64,000 nt of DNA from NCBI RefSeq assembly GCF_009914755.1, contig NC_060933.1. One strand, written 5' to 3'. The notes below the pieces were generated by a model. That model was not told the origin of the DNA, searched no databases, and saw only the letters and a list, made by a program, of their open reading frames with translations. Below, in pieces: positions 62,108 through 64,000 of this stretch (position 1 is the stretch's first letter; each line of letters opens with the position of its first letter). The DNA is from the human T2T-CHM13v2.0 reference genome, Homo sapiens. Both the position numbers and the translations under genes were made by a program.

Positions 62108-62833
62108 AGCCGGACCCTGCCCCCGCCCGGCTCCTCCTCTGCCAGAGCTGGATACCTCTAGCCAGGGGGCCTCTAGAGCCACTGGGGATGGGGCTGAGGG
62201 CCGCTTCCCGCCCCCGTGCAGCTGCTGCAGGGCAGACCGCCTGGCTTGGCCGTAGCCACACGGACATCTGGCCCTGCTTCCGAGATGTGGGGAGTGCAGG
62301 CAGGCTCAGGAGTTGCCTGGAGGCTGCTGCCTGCACACAGAAGGCGGCTGCAGCTTGGGAGCCCAGGCGGGCTGGAGGGGCATGGCCTGGTCGGCCTCGG
62401 GATCGCCAGCGCGCCCAGCCTGAGGGCCCCCAGGCCGTGCCTCCCACCCACTCCTCCACCTGAGAGAGATCGGGGCCGCTGTCATGGGCACTCGGCAGTC
62501 ACCCCGTGTGGGGTTGAGCGGCGGGTTTTCAGTTCTCGCCCCTGTGCAGCCGCCACCGCCGGGCAGAATGCCTGGCTTGGCCACAGCCACAGGGACACCT
62601 GGCCCTGGTTCTGCGAGACTGGGAGCGCAAGCAGGCTCAAGGGTTGCCAGGCAGCTGCTGCCTGCACACAGAGGGCGACTGCAGCTTGTGCACCCAGGCG
62701 GCGGAGCATGGTCAGGGTGGCCTCTGGAATGCGTGTGCACCAGGCCTGAGGGCCTCCCTGGTGGTGCCACCTGCCCCAGTCTTCCTCTGCTGGAGCCTGG
62801 AGCAGCTGGAATGGCCACTCTGCAGTCACAGGG
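62108..62833. repeat. GC-rich degenerate tandem repeat, ~330-bp period, ~2.2 copies
   Basis: gctgctgcctgcacacaga at 62323 and 62654; gccc..gtgcagc at 62210 and 62538; gcctggcttggcc in both copies. Confidence 0.85.
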
Positions 62834-64000
62834 GATAGAGTTAAGTTTTCTTATCCCACACATGCACACAAAAAGGTAACTATTCTGTGAGGTAATTAAC
62901 ATGTTCATTGACTTCGTTTTGGTAATCATTTCAGAATGTGCATATAAACGCATCACGTACAATTTTTATTTCTCTATTACACCTCAGTAAAGCTGAAATA
63001 ATTAACAGGATTGAAAGGATAAACCCACAGTTCTATAGTCACAGTTGGACACTTCAATACCTCATTTTAATTAATGGATAGAAAAACCAGACAGAAGCTT
63101 CATGAGAAATACAAGAGTTAAACAACGGTATAAGCCACTGAGAGCTAATACGCATATACAGGACAGTCCATCCAACAACAGCAGAATATACATTCCTTTC
63201 AAGTGTATATGGAAGTTCTCTAGGATGGGCCATATCTTCGTCCACAAAATATGTCCTAATCATTTTTAAAAGTTTGAAATCATACAAAATATAATTTACA
63301 ACCACAATGGAAGAAACAACGGATAAATAAGTGAAAACTGGAAAATTCACGAAAATGTGGAAATTAAACAATACAGTCTTCAACTACCAGTGAGTGAAAA
63401 AAATAAATCACAAGCAAAATTATAAAATATCTTGAGATAAATTAAAATAAAAACAAAACATACCAAAACTTATTGAATGCAGTGAAAGTAGAGTTCAAAG
63501 GAAAATGTATGGATATAAACAACTACATTTAAGAAAAATCTGAAATCAACATCCTCACTCTATACCTAAAGGCAGTGGAAGAAGACAAAATAAGACTAAA
63601 TCCAAAGCTAGCAGTATGAAAGAAATAATAGAGAGCATAATTAGAGCATAAATCAATAAAATAGAAGTTTGGAGAGCAGTAGAATGAATAAACATAGATT
63701 ATTTGAAAGATCAAGCCTTTCACTATATTGACTGAGCAAAAGATGGAAGACTAATTATTAAAATAATAAATGAAAGCAGAGCCATTACTACCAACTTTAC
63801 AGAAATACAAAAGGATTACAGGAGTATACTGTGAACAACTGTCTAACAACAAATTAGCTGCCCTGGATGAAATGGACGAATCACTAGAAAGACACAAACT
63901 ACCAAAGTGGCTCAAGAAGAAAGAGAAAATCTGAATAGACCTATAACCTAGGAGATTGAATTAGTAATCGAAAGTGATTAACAAAGAAACATTTATGACC
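62834..64000 (+). mobile_element. Old L1M 3'-end remnant followed by L1M ORF2 (endonuclease/Z region)
   Basis: tacacctcagtaaagctg 3' end; catccaacaacagcagaatatacattc, aaaatctgaatagacctataac. Confidence 0.8.

Overview
Primate (human-like) pericentromeric/subtelomeric segmental-duplication mosaic of the 4q35 FRG1-D4Z4 family. It contains no credible intact protein-coding gene; nearly all ORF-track calls are Alu/L1 remnants, low-complexity artefacts or GC-rich noise. In order along the window: (i) an unprocessed FRG1 pseudogene fragment (exons 6-9, + strand) with a codon deletion, a frameshift and an altered last acceptor, and with a tRNA-Arg(ACG) 5' half in an intron; (ii) a 75-bp VNTR, a tail-less internal L1 ORF2 piece with a perfect 15-bp target-site duplication (TSD), and a ~2-kb TG-rich tract; (iii) a Tigger1 remnant joined directly to a homeobox-less DUX4/D4Z4 fragment that keeps the C-terminal activation-domain sequence; (iv) a degenerate tandem pair of 5S rDNA repeat units (- strand, upstream D-box retained) with an LTR2-like solo LTR in the spacer; (v) ~30 kb of nested L1s, Alus and LTRs, including an LTR6-like solo LTR and a near full-length L1PA, followed by orphan GC-rich islands. 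Family names come from recalled consensus sequences rather than database searches, and repeat boundaries are approximate (about +/-10-30 bp). I found no convincing novel protein-coding system. The strongest leads are retrotransposition and evolutionary relics, plus a candidate cryptic exon next to the UG-rich tract.
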